The position numbers were made by a program, and so were the translations under genes. Positions 1 through 13,220 of a stretch of DNA of 64,000 bases are shown here, piece after piece. Position 1 is the stretch's first letter. Every line of letters begins with the position of its first letter. The stretch is from assembly GCF_963921235.1 (NCBI RefSeq), contig NC_086097.1, forward strand, positions 71,238,001 to 71,302,000, in the 5' to 3' direction. Source of the DNA: Mobula hypostoma. Its lineage: Eukaryota. The notes below the pieces were generated by a model. It had not been told where the DNA came from. It ran no database searches and saw nothing but the letters and a program-made list of their open reading frames with translations.

Positions 1-3000
1 AGTTATATTCAATGTTTGGACACCATTACAACAGGATGATTGTGTTTGGGACCGAGTTTAAATACTTGGAGCAAAATCACTTTCCTGAACAGTCAACAGG
101 AGATCGTCGTTGTTATTCATTGGTATAGCAGCTTGTGGCAAAAAAAAACCCCTAAGTTATAAAGCAAAATACCTTAGTTACATGTTAGATACTGTATCTT
201 TGTAGTCTTGCAGAACCTTTAATTCATTTAGTTGAACATTTTGCCTGTTTCCTACAAGCAGCTTTAGAACTGAATAGGAGCAGAGGCCCTACGAGAGAGA
301 TATACAAGAACAGCCTTGAAATGCGGCCTGCAAATTCCTTTTATTTGCTTCACAATTTTTCTTTCTATTCTTTCACTACTTATTACAGCACACTAAATCA
401 CTGATCTCTACAAATCCTTGTACCAATAACTACAAAAAATATTTTATGTGATTATATCTATATTTATAAAGGTGCATTTTTCTGTTTTGCAATAATCTTG
501 CAGAGCCTCTGAAATATGAGTCAATATTTCATTTTGTTTAGCATTTGTGTTGAATAGCCAATTAAACTGAACTGCAGTGTTAACCTGTGTTGATGAATTG
601 ACTTAATTGTAACTAAACACAAGCAGTTTATAATCATCTTCCCCAGATACTTCTTGCCAATATTCTTTCTATACAGTAAGGAGTTGTGCTAACAGAGGAT
701 TTAAAATAACACTTGTACAAGACGGTGAAAGGTTTGTTGGCTTTTCACCCCAGCATGATAATTATATTACTATTGATACTTCAGAGGTTGGAAAACTGTT
801 GTTCCAAAGCTCCAATTTCCTTCTGACATTGTAAGATGTTGAATCCACCACTAAGCATAATGGAGAAACATCAGAAAACTCGCCAAGCAAAATAGCCTTT
901 ATCTACAAGGTATTTCCAAAACAACATTAAATAACCACTTCATCCACAAAAGTAAATTTGTTTGTGAAACATTATCTTAAAATTAAAAAATGTGCAGCTT
1001 TGTTAGCAAACGGAAACGGTTGCGGTTTGGGACTGAAGTTTGCAGCTATAAAGCAAATGACTGGGTTTGGAAGAACTGAATTGCTATAATTTATGGTAAC
1101 AAAAATCATAGTTTACATTTGTTTATTCTCTGCCTCTAGTAGCACTGCATTCGCAGTAATGATCGACAGCCTCGAAGAAGGCAGAAGGTTTGTAGAGGAG
1201 TTGGGTTTCAGGGATCAGGTGGTGAGGACAGGAGCTCTAGATGCACCTCAATGAACTGTTGTTCATCCTCCACACATTGGAACAATAGCACAAGGTTCAA
1301 CAATTTGAATCCTGCTCACAGATAAAAATCCTGAAGTGTCACAAATCAGCGGATAGATATGTTTAAGATTTGCAAGGGATATGTGAAGAAATAGTATTAC
1401 AGTTGTGCCATTAATTAAACGGAATGGAAGGAACGGCTGAGGTAGGGAGCACTGATAAGAATCTCTTGCCCTTTGGCAGCATTTGTATTCCATCATAACA
1501 CAATCAAGCTGCTAATAAAAAGGCTGAACACAGAGTATTAACTTGATGGTGCAAATACCTCACAGACACTTTGTTAGCATTCAGCATTTCTGTGAAATAG
1601 AAATTAAATTCTCTTTACAGTAGCTTTGCTTTTGATAATCTGTCCATTACAGACTTGGAACATAAATCAGGCCTTTGCCTAATAAGCTTTGCGAGCAACT
1701 GCAGGATAGGCGTCCCTGTTTCTCTCCCATTAATCAGCAGAAACTTCACACGCTGTGAGGGCCCCAGGAGACACTTCTGGCTGGGAAAAAGATCCTCCCT
1801 CTTCAGTTCTAATCAGTCCGTCCCATCTGTAATGGCTTCAGCAAATTGTTAATGACATAAAGTGACAGTCGAAGGGCTCTTTGCTCTGTCAGGATTGAGT
1901 TTCTACGAGCTCTCCGACAAACTACCACACACTGGCCTCAAAGCTTCAGAAAAATGGTCTGGATTACCATGGAATGAATTTGATATGTCCGCAAAGGCAA
2001 TCTGGAATTGAAAAGAAAGCCTTTATTTGCTAAGTTTTCTTTCACGTTTTAATGGGGAACATGCAGGTAATTGCAGATCATCTCAAACCCACATAAGAAT
2101 ACCATTTGCACTCAGAATATCGCCATGATTATCAGATATACAATAAAACTGTGTAGAGTGGGAAAATCAATTAGGCCTGTTGTTTGTCAAATAAAAACAC
2201 GGGGGGTGGGGTGGGTTGTGGGTGGTGGTTTACCTGACTACAGAGTCTGAAGCAAAAGAGTTGTGGCACCCCATTGTATTTGGTTGCCTTTTAACTATGG
2301 TATGAAAATAAGCATGAATCCCAGTTTCACCACCTACCTGGCCTCACTTGTTCCACAGAGATTTCAAATTAGCCTGTACAGAGTAGTTTTCTGGTATGGT
2401 TTATAAAATAAATATTGTTCTAGGGCAGGACAGAAAAGGCAAGGCATCCTACTTTCACTCACTGGGCTCAGTCACAGTCTGTCCCATTCATGGCCAATGT
2501 TAGGCCCTGTTGGGTAAGATAAGCTCTCCTGACCTCCGCAAAGCTCTTCCTTCAGTAAGTGGCCAAATGGATGTGAGTCTTTCACAAGACTGCAAGCCTT
2601 TCAGGAAAGAAGGAGGGGCAGTTGTGGTGGTGCACAGGCCATAAAGTACACGGGTAAAACGTAGAGTAGGGTCCAATTGGCATCTTTGGAAGAATGGAAT
2701 ATGAACTGAGAATAGATCAAGTACTTTAATCAAAGAAAGTGAATAACTCAGGAAGATGTCGGTTGGTCCATATCCATCAGCATATAATTCCAACTTTCAG
2801 TGCCTGGTTCATGGTCTGCAAAGGTCACAGCTCCAAGTCTACCTCCTGGTATTTCTTATGCAAGATGAGAGCTGTTGCCCCTACCAGTCTACCGGACTCT
2901 GTTTCGGAGCCCTACCATCCTCTGGCAGAAGGGGAAAGTGCCTCATCCTCCTTCTGGTACTTCTACCAATTACTTTAAGACCATGCCCTCTATTTATCTT

Positions 3001-3092
3001 CACTCCTCTGTTAAACAGAATAGATGAAACGCCCCAGGCAATCCAATTTTGTCCCATTGTTAATGTAGTCGTGCGGAGTTTCCAGTTCAGCA

Positions 3093-3450
3093 CACACACA
3101 GAATGCCGGAGGGACGCAGCAGGCCAGGCAGCATCTACCGAGACAGAGTAAACAGTTGACATTTTGGTCTGAGACGCTTCTTCAGGACTGGAAAGGGGAG
3201 AAGTCAGAGTAAGAAGGTGGGGGAAGGGGAGGAACAAGTACAACGTGGTAGGCGAAACTGGGAGAGGGAGGGGATGAACTAAAGAGTTGGGAAGTTGATT
3301 GGTGAAAGAGACAAAGGGCTGGAGAAGGGGGAATCAGACATAAGAGGACAGAAAGCATGGAAGAAAGGGAAGGGGGAGGAGCACAGTGGAAAGTGATGGA
3401 CAGGTAAGGGGATGAAGTTAGAGAGGGAAACAGGAATGGGGAATGGGAAC
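3093..3450 (-). mobile_element. Penelope-like element 3' end (pseudo-LTR) with decayed hammerhead motif
   Basis: Minus strand 3190-3153 reads cagtc-CTGAAGA-agcgtctcagacc-AAAA-tgtc-aactg, followed by the family tail gatgctgcctggcctgctg. It is homologous to the 3' end of the GIY-YIG-bearing copy at 49.8-50.9 kb. Confidence 0.8.
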
Positions 3451-5269
3451 ACCAGATCCGGTTGCCTGTTACTTCAACATTCCCTCTGCTCTTGCTATCA
3501 ATACAATCTCTAGCCTCTTAGCCTCTTCAAATAGAGTTTAAAACAGCCTCAAGAAATCACTCCTCATTGTTCACTCAGCAGTTGCAACCGTCTGCCTTTG
3601 CCATTGAATTCAACAATTTCTTTCCTCCATAGGCACCTGAATATGCAGGCAATGGAGGGGTGTGGAGCACCTGCAGGCAGAAGGGAATAATTTAAACTGA
3701 TATCATGTTCAGCAGAGACATTTAGGGCCAAAGTACCTGTTTCTGTGCTGCATTGTTCTGCAGACTTATTTGTAATGGCAGGCACAGACATGGTGGGTGT
3801 ATGACTATGTGACTGTTAAAGCTTACACGAGTGATGGGACAATGAAGCCAGCTGCAAAAGGAGCAGGGGTGGAAGGGCCAGTGCTGTCTTCAGCAGCTGA
3901 GCCTAGTCTGCATATCAGACTCAGTAGTTAGACTGATCTGAGGCTAAAACCTACATAGATTTGAAACTACAATCAGCTTTTTGCAATTTTTTTTTCAGGA
4001 TTGGTCCCATAAACTGTTTCTGTTCACATTCAATTATCAGTCCTATTTGGTGAATAGAAGGATTGTTCCTTGGTAGCTGGGATATGTTTCTTTAGGACAG
4101 TTAGATTGCTATGAGCCTTTGCTCTGAAACAGAAATGTGCTAAAAAATTTTCAGAGGCAAAGACAATATCATTTGAGCTGTTTCTATCGTGCACAATAGT
4201 TACTTGTCATTCTCGGAGTTAAATGATAGCAAAGTCTAAAATTAGCCTTAATACATAAATTGTCACCTGGCCCTCCATTCCAACAATTTCTTAATCAATT
4301 ACCAAACTCAGCACTTTGTGCTCCAGAAGTGCTGGCAATTCCTTTCTGCATGTAAAATTTCAGCAGATGAGGTGAATTGCAGATTATGATCCACAATTTG
4401 CTCACATTAGTCCCTGTTGAAGGAAGTCTTTGTGGAAATGATCACTTGTGAGTAATGTAGAGTGGAAACAATGTCAGTGTGCAGAGTGACTGAGGTTGAA
4501 CTCTGCTTACAAATTCTGCGAGATTCAAAGCAAAGTAGCCAGATCCTGGGGCTAGAGCATATCCTTAACTGCTTGGTCAGAGAGAGGAATGAAATGAGGA
4601 TAAAGAGAGTGAAATAGAAAAGGAAGAATTGAAACAGGAAATAACAATGACAAGTGTTGTTATATTATCATTCGCTTTTGTAATATATAAATCACATTGA
4701 AAAAATATTTAATGAATATATGCATATGTACACACATGAATCTTTGGTACAAAAGAGTCTTAGCTGTTTTATAAAATAGCTATGTGTCATATAATGCGAC
4801 ATTGTTCGGCCTACTTTATGAATAATACATATATGATAAAGATGTCAGATTTAAAACAGGCATGCATCAAGATAGCAACATTTCTTTAAAAGCTTGCTTG
4901 TCGCTAAATGGGAAGGTTTTCAAAGCACAAAGCAGCACGGAAATTGAAGGTGCACTGTATTCCTGATCTGTTACTCCTCACCATAATGCAGGCAAGTCTT
5001 ACACTTATTGCTGGTGACAATTCTGTAAATAAATTGAGAAATGTCACATACTTAGCACCTAATGCGGCAAATCCCAGTTCTCAGAAAACCATTCTTCACT
5101 GACGGATTGAGATACATTTTACAGGAAACAATGTGTGGAACCATATACGGGAGAGAGATTTTCCAACATAGTCGATGACATCACTTGACAATATTAAGAA
5201 AAGAAGCCAAACACTTCATCCAACACTAAACTAATGACCAACTACATAACAATGACAAATGAAAATTTA

Positions 5270-5322
5270 ATCACAAACAAGGGAAGATCTGCAGCTGCTG
5301 GAAATCCGAGCAACACACACAA
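5270..5322 (-). mobile_element. Penelope-like terminal fragment
   Basis: cacaaacaagggaagatctgcagctgctggaaatccgagcaacacacacaa closely matches 16467-16517. Confidence 0.65.
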
Positions 5323-6715
5323 TTTAATGAAGATTTAATCTGTCTGATGCAGTGAAACATGACTGTCCATTTAAAATGTGTAGGTGAAGTAAACAATTTT
5401 ACAGTTTCCCCAGCCTATGTTTAGAAAGCGCAAGTCAATTCCTCCTTGTGAAGTCAGGTCACTGGCCTAACATTCCCTCATCTCTTAAATGATTGATAGT
5501 TTTCTCATTCCATCAACAGGAGTTTGACAGCTTGAATTTGGACTAACCAATCTTTAATTTGTTTTGATCCACAGTCAGTTATGTTATATTATCACCAAGT
5601 GATTGCTCAAAGAACAGCTCCCCCCCCCCATGATTTGTTTCTTTGCTTTGAAACCTCTTTCAAGTATTTGTTATAATTTAGCAAAAAGTGAATAGAGATT
5701 GAAAAGAAAACCCCACAGCTGACATGTACCAGATTGATAGCACTAACAACAATATAAGGGAAATGGCATGTTCTGAGCTATCGCTTCAGCTTTTATTATT
5801 CTCTCCAGTGTTGTCCTGAAATTATGCAGGATACACAAGGCATGTAGAAATGTCACTAAGTATAGAGCAGAATATTTCTTTTTCTATGTGGAAATAATCC
5901 AAAGTAAGGTAAACTTTTAGGAATTACTTCCTGACCGACATTATCATTCAATTCTTCAGGAGGTGGGCTGGAAGCGAATAGTTGCAACAAAAGGGAAGGG
6001 GAGGGGTGGATATGCTATTTAATGTGACGAAAGCTTTGGAGAATACTATTCCAGTAAAATGAACTGATGTTTTGGTGAATGTTAACAGTCAGGACCAGAA
6101 TCATGTTTAGAATCAGGAAGCAGATTAACAATAATGTAGTGAATTTCCCACTTCAGTTGCAAGTACAATTCCTTCACATGATTTGAGTTACTGCCTGCAC
6201 TGGGACAGGGCTACCCTCATTAACATTAGCTCAGGCTGAGTGGTGAATGGGATAAAGGAATCCTGTGTGTGTTAGATTCAATAGTCCAATGTACATTTCA
6301 ACATGCAGTGGAATGCATCACCTACATAAACAATCAACACAGTCTGAGGATGTGCTGAGTTATCCCAGAGTGTCTCCACCCTCCAGTGCCAACACAGCAT
6401 GCCTACAATGTTTAGCAGAACAACACACAGACAACGTACAACAAGACAGACACACCAACAGCAAAACAAACCTCTACCTACTACCCCAACCTCCAAAAGG
6501 CTGGGACACCTTGAACTTTGGACCTGTCAACTTCAAACCTCCAGACCTGCCAGAATGAGCCTCTGATGGGGGGACTCATCAACCTCGGGAGTCACTGGAC
6601 TTTGTTCTCAGGGTCAACCAGCCTTGGGGGTGGGGGCGGGGGTGTCACTGGTATTAGTCCTCTGTGTCTGCTGGCCCAATTTCCATCCTTGGGGATCACT
6701 GGCCTTCGATCAGGG

Positions 6716-6820
6716 AGTGTGTGTGTGTGTGTTTGTGTGTATGTGTGTCTGTGTGTGTGCGCACGCACATGTGTATATGATATATGTCCATGACTCCATA
6801 TTTGTGTGCGTGTGCACGCG
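6716..6820. repeat. Imperfect (GT)n/(GC)n microsatellite
   Basis: Direct reading of alternating purine-pyrimidine runs. Confidence 0.9.
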
Positions 6821-8404
6821 TCTACAATGAACATGCTGTATCAGTCTATGAGCTGGAGGGCTTGGTGTGATCTGGTGGCTTTGCCTGTTTATCCCAGCCA
6901 CTTCATCTGTATTAGAGCCAACTGTGATGGTGTCATGAAGAGTCTGCTCCAAGCCAGAGATCGATAGGGAAAGAACAAATCCATAATTGTTATCCCACCA
7001 AGACTTTAGAATCTTCATTTATATAATAAAGTAAAATTTTCACCTGATTTAAGTGGGATGCTGGTCATTCATTTCAAGGCTACTTGAAAACCAAGTTTGG
7101 CAGGTCACAGCTAGGAAGCTGGAGGGCCTGTTTTAAAACAATAAAAAAAACCAGCAACTCATTCTCCTCTCTTCCAGCATAGACATTCATACAAAGATCA
7201 GTCACATTTTGTGTAGTTGACCTATGCAAACTGTCCCAATGGATTAACACTTCAAAATCCTGTGCCAGACCCAATTAGGTTTACCTCTGAAACCACAGCA
7301 ACTAATATCCGGCACTCCAAAATGCCTCGGTAAAGGCAGAAAAATAAAACATGGTTCTCCAATAGTACAGTTTAAAGCAAAAACTTGTACAATTCACTGA
7401 GAACAGAGAAATTTCAAAACAATGATGCTCCACTCTGCTGGAAGGATATGTGCAAACTATTTAACATTTTGTTTTGTGATGCAATGACATGGTTTAAAAC
7501 AAATTACAACACTTGAAGTGTTTGGAAAACAAGAAAAGTTTGCCAATTGTTTAAATGAATACGACACCTTCCAAAACCAAGTAATTGAAATAGGTGTATG
7601 ATCTCTAGACTGAATCTCAGCATGAAAACAACTCCTTCCAAGTTCCCATGAACAGGTTTTCTTAACTGTATAAAGTACTTCTAAATACTTCTTGTTCAGT
7701 CTTGATAAAAAAAAAACAAAGTGCCAAGTGGGCCAAACATCAATGCTGGCAAATGCTGCTCCTCAGATTCTGGCACTTTGACAAACAGAGGATAAAGACT
7801 CAGTAGGGCACAAAATGGTGGCAATGGCTCAGCAGAAAATAAAGAACTGATCCACTGAATCTTGACCATTTGCTACTTGTTTAGCTCCCACCAAAGGTCA
7901 AATTACTTCTGATCATGCCACATTGAGTCGAATGACTACAAGTAGGAGAAAGATCAATGAGTTCATCGATAAGTCTGGATCCTGTTTTCACATCATCTGC
8001 AATAGTTCAATATCACAGGAACAACTTATTTCTACAAGTTGAGGACAGGCAGTAAGACTATATCAGTGTAAATTTTTAATTAGTTATTGGTCCTGATCTG
8101 AACAAGCTACAGTAATTCAGCTGAAGTGTACTTCCACAACTAAAAATATTCCATTCATATTTTATCATACTGTAGCAACACGTGTATGACCCGTTAGATG
8201 TGGCTATATGAAATAGTTCAAATTTAAACTAAAAAAGTAGCATGATTAGTGCTTGTACTTTGAAATGTCAGCTTTACAATAAATGTTTATGATTATATTT
8301 AAATTATATTTGTTACATTTTTTATTTAGCTTTAAGATCATTGAAGTTTTAATCTGGTTTTTCAATGGTTGTGAGTGGAAAAAGCAGAATGTTAGCCTCA
8401 CAAA

Positions 8405-8890
8405 ATGTGGGCAAATACAAAATTGCCCATTTTGGCAGGAAAGATTTTTTTAAAATACCTAATTGATAAAAGTTTACAAAGCTCTCAGATGTAGAGAGAT
8501 CTGGATGTTCTAATACATGATACACAAAAGGTTAGTTTGCAAATACAGAAAGTAATTAGGAAAGCTAACAGAATTATTATTCTTCATTGCGAAAGGGATT
8601 AAATACAAAAACAAGGCTCTTATGCTTCAGTTATATAAGGATATTAGAGAGACCACATCTGGATACTGTGTACAGTACTGGTTTCCTTATTAATGAAGGA
8701 TAGATTATTGGAGACAGTTCAAAGGAGGCTCACCAGATTGATAATTTAGAATGGGTGTATTGTCTTGTGAAGAAAGGTTTGTGCCCACTGGTGTATAAAA
8801 CGATGAGAGGGGTTTTATTTCTACCCTGAGCCAACATGGCAGGATTGATGTGGAAAGGATGTATCATCTTGTGGGAGAGTTACAGAGAAT
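8405..8890 (+). mobile_element. Old CR1 LINE ORF2 3' fragment
   Basis: Degenerate HFGRK, RDLDVLIH, LYK.LxRPHLxYCVQYW motifs, homologous to the CR1 at 13.2-15.3 kb. Confidence 0.8.
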
Positions 8891-9109
8891 GAGGCAGAGA
8901 ATCTAAGAGAGAAAATTTCAGTTCTCATGGCATTTGTAATAACAGGCATAGCTGCCAAAAATTGGAAAATAAATTCAGGGATGTTTAGGAAGCCAGAACT
9001 TTACAAGTACACATATGTTGAGAAGATCTTTCTGAGTTGGTAAGGACAAGATTACAGAATAAGTCTGAGTATTCTAGAGCCAAAATACTCTGGACAACAA
9101 AGATTTTGC

Positions 9110-9850
9110 TTCCTGAATACTTCTAGGTGTATCTTATGGATTTTGGGCTAATCATGAAAATCACCATGAAATTTCCCTATCACATACCATTTTATTAAAA
9201 ATTGCCTATATTTGTCAGGTCAATTTATAGTTCAAGTCAGAATAACTGATTCCAAGATTAAGGAAGTCATTTTTGTTGGTCCTCGAATCAAACAGGTCAT
9301 CAATGACAGACAATTCAAAGAACTTCTAGTGGAATTGAAGAAAATTGCATGGAAGGAATTCAAGGATGTTTTTGAAAATTTTCTTAGCGACTACAGAGCA
9401 CCAAACTATGTGCAGCTGGTTGACAACATGCTTCAAGCATACAAAACCATGAAGTGCAACATGTCACTAATGATTAATTTTCTGCCTTCCCATTTTGATA
9501 TCTATCCTGCAAATCTTGGGTGCTGTCATTCATGACCATAGTGAAAGGTTTCATCAGGGCATTGTAGTCATGGAGAAATAGTATCAGGGCAACTTGAATC
9601 ATCAATGCTGACTGATTATTATTGGACACAAACAAGGAGCCTCTGACACTGAGTACAAACAAAAACCATCAACAAAGCATTTTCAGCTTAGTTGAACAAT
9701 CGCAAAGCATCAGCACCTTATACAATTATTGTAAATGCATTATATTCAATAGAAGTTAACTTTTTGTTTTTCCAAATTTCTACATGGTACAAGTAATTTG
9801 AAATTATATTTGTGTTCAGCTTCAAGCGGTCTATCTTAAAAAAAAATTTG
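9110..9850 (+). mobile_element. Chapaev3-type (CMC) DNA transposon relic, transposase C-terminal half
   Basis: ORF 9212-9535 has KIKEVIFVGP...AWKEFKDVFENFL...CNMSLMINFLPSHFD.YPANLG. It continues across frameshifts and stops as HSERFHQGIVVMEK*YQG...MLTDYYW. This matches the Chapaev3 signature as I recall it (KIKEGIFVGPQI...MSLKIHFLHSHLD.FP.NLG.VSDE.GERFHQDI..ME.RYQG...ML.DYCW). Outer limits approximate. Confidence 0.8.
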
Positions 9851-10224
9851 TGGAAGTTATTTAACCCACAGCTAAGGTAGGTCAAGAATTCTAGGGGTCA
9901 GTGATGGGTGAATAGGAGTTGTGCCTGGACATTGGACTTCGTCAGAACAAAATGGACATGGAAACTTCACATAGAAATTTCCAGTGCATATTCTGTGAAC
10001 TCCCTGAGGAGTTGTACTAGGATTACAACCAAAGACCCTCAACAAGGTTAACTTTTGCATCTGGTTCAAAAAGACAGCAATTCTTCTGAAGCAAAGCAGG
10101 GTAAGCTGCCTCAATAACTATTGACTAGTACCACTCTTAGCTGCTGTAATGAACTGCTGGAAAGATTAATAATAGCTAGAATTAACTCCAGCCTGAGCAA
10201 GGAGCACACCCTGAGCAATTTGCC

Positions 10225-11265
10225 GACCATGCAACAAGTCTACTGTGGACCTAAAAGCAAGATAAACACCGGACTATTGTTTACCAAATAACAGCTCAGC
10301 ATTCAGTTCCATTCTCCTCTCAGTACCAATCACCGGTCTCCTAGAGCTGGAACTCTGTTTCTCCCTCTCTAACTGGGACCTCAACTTGTTGATCAGGAGA
10401 CCAAATTCATTATGATTTGATGATAACATCTTCTCACTGACATTCAACACAGTTGCACTTCAAAGTTGCGTACTTAGCCCTCTGCTCTACTCTCTCTACA
10501 CTCATGACTGTGTGGCTAGGCACAGCTCAAGTACCATTTGTAAATTTGTAAATTTGCAGATGATACCGCTGTTGTTGGTAAAATCTCAGAAGGCAGACAG
10601 GATTGAGAGAGTTCACCGGTTGAGTGGTGTTGTAACAACAACCTCAGACTCAACCTCAGCAAGACAAAGCAGTGACTGTGGATTTCAGGAAGGGACAGTT
10701 GGGTGAACACAGACCAGCCTTCACTGAAAGGTTAGCAGTGGAATGGGTGAGCAACTTTCTGATACTGGCTGTCAATATCAGCAAACGTTCTGACCTTTGC
10801 AAAGTTTTATAGGTGCACATTGGAGAGCATTCTGACTGGTTATATTATAGCCTGGTATGGAAGCTCTAATGTACAGTATCGCAAGAGGCTGTAGAAGATT
10901 ATAAACTGAGCCAGCTGCATCACAAGCACAACTCTCTCCACCATTGAGGACACCTTCCAAGAGGCATCGATAATTAAGAACCTCCACCACCCAGGACATG
11001 CCCTCTTTCCATTGCGACCATCAGGAAGGAGGTACAGAAGCATGAAGACCCACGCTCAATGATTCAGGAACAGCTTCTTCCTCCCCACCATCTGATTTCT
11101 GAATCCATGAGCACTACCTCATTATTGCTTTTGTTTTGCACTACTTATTTACGTATTTTGTAACTTATGGTAATTTTATGTCTTTTCACTGTAATGCTGC
11201 CACAAAACATCAAATTTCACAGCACATATGACAGTAATAATAAACCTCATTCCAATTCTGATTTA
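10225..11265 (+). mobile_element. Rex1/Babar LINE, decayed RT to 3' end
   Basis: SSAF, CVLSPLLYSLYTHDCVARHSS and FADDT-like motifs, C-terminal HPGHALF..PSGRRYRS.KT, then AATAAA and tail. Confidence 0.85.
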
Positions 11266-12444
11266 ATATCTTCAACTAGATGTCTAAAAAATGACAAAGT
11301 TGACCATCCAAACTATCACCACAATGCTCCTCGATACTTACCACAAATATTAATCTGCCAGGCAGATTATCTTTTCATTTTGAATTTTGACAGATGTTGT
11401 GACAGAGCAGGTCTGCCACAAGTAATTCCTTCTGATTTTTTTTCTGTGCATTTACACTATCAAATGGGGACAGGTCAGCTTTTTGAAGTTCACTTATGTT
11501 ACTGGGAACCTGCCAGCGACCATCGCTGCAGTGTGCGGTGTCAGGTGTAGGGGTGGGTGCACCCAAGGCTTTCTCCAGGCGGCTCTGACAACGCGTTTTC
11601 CGAGGACTCTTCCTACCTCCCTCAAACAAGCTATCCCAAACAGGTAAAGGTTCAAGCCCAGCCCTGGTCTGAGCTCAGGTTAACACAGGGCATGAAAGCT
11701 TAACAGTGATACCAGATTCGGCTTTTTGCAACAAATCAGACAACACAAGTAAATCCCACCTAGTGACCATATCTTTTGAAAGGTTGCTATCCACTCCCAC
11801 CTGCAATAGAAAGAGGTGATATTCAATGCCAAGGATAAGAACTGTGGTAGGATATAACTTAACATCCCCATGCACACATTGCACTTGCATACATTTAGAA
11901 TATTAACATCAACTGGGGAAATAAACTGTCTCTTAATCCGGGTCATCACACTCGCAGTGTCCAATAATGCCTGAACTGTTTGTCCATTTACTTCCACGGG
12001 AAGTTCATTTCCCTTTGACATAGAATGTTCAGGGGCTTCCAGCCCTGTTTCTTCCCCCTCTCAGGGAATACAACAGTAGTTTGACAATTTTGGGTGCTGA
12101 AGGGGACGACAAGAAGCTTTGTGCCCTGGCTGTTGACAGAAGAAGTGACTTAAAGTCTTGGTCTTCCCACCGTCTTTCTCCTGTGTAGACCCAGGTGTAA
12201 ATTTCAGAGATCCCAGAGTAGCTTTACTTACAGCAGCTGTCCTCTGCTCCTATGGCTGGATTGAAACTGGCCGGACCAGCCCTAACCGGAAATTCAGGGG
12301 ATGTAGAACCAGCTGGGCTGCAGCTAACCCATTTGCAGGTTCATGTACCTTCACCCATGTACAGATATCTCCTGGCAGGTCTTGCAGCACAACTACCTCT
12401 CTGATATCATCCTTGGTCTGGAGCTCTGTCTTCACCCATCAGTG

Positions 12445-12800
12445 GGCAGTGGCCTGGGCGGGGCGAAAAGCATTATCAAGGATGCACCTCACCCTAACCA
12501 TGGACTTTTTACTCTCCTCCCATCTGGTAGGCACTACAGGAGCCACCACTCCCACACCAGCAGGCTCAGGAAGAGCTTCTTCCCTGAGGCTGTGACCCTG
12601 CTGAACCTCACATCACAGCGCTAAGCAGCATTGTACCCATATTGTACTGTTTCAGTGCTTTTATATTTGTGTGCTGTAGCACTTTTTATTCGCAGTTATT
12701 TTGTAAATAATACTATTCTTTTGCATTTCTGGTTAGATGCTAATTGCATTTCATTGGCTTTGCTTCTGTACTCGGCACAATGACAATAAAGTTGAATCTA
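12445..12800 (+). mobile_element. Rex1/Babar 3' fragment inserted in the SCAN region
   Basis: AKSIIKDAPHPNHGLFTLLPSGRHYRS...RLRKSFFPEAV, AATAAA, and 7-bp TSD ATCAGTG at 12438-12444 and 12801-12807. Confidence 0.9.
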
Positions 12801-13220
12801 ATCAGTGATATTATCCCTTCAGGCAGTTGTACGTTTCCTTTGGTGACTCCCCTGGTGGTGTAGACCGGGCTTGGGACTTCAACCATTAGATCTCTGGGGA
12901 GAATTCAAACCTGACAAGGAGTGCCTCTTGCAGCTGAGGGTACTGGTTGGATGCCTCCTCAGAGTAGGCCTTGAGCACTTTACCCGTCAGTAGTGAGATG
13001 AGCCGGCAGGCCCACTCTCCCTCTAGCCATGCCCAAGAGCTAGCCAAGAACTCAAAGCAGAACAAATAGTTTTCATTGTCCTCTCTATCTTGGAAGGTGG
13101 GCTTTTTTGGTTCTGTTCTGTAGATGAGGTTCCTGGGTCTCGCAGTGGCCTCCTGCATTGCACCTCCTTCACCTGCCTGCAGAGAGCGCTTGGGAGCTGG
13201 TAGGGCTGGAATTTCCTGCA

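Noticed and set aside
6518-7018. Cys/Val- and His/Thr-rich ORFs
   Set aside because: Translations of the (GT)n microsatellite.
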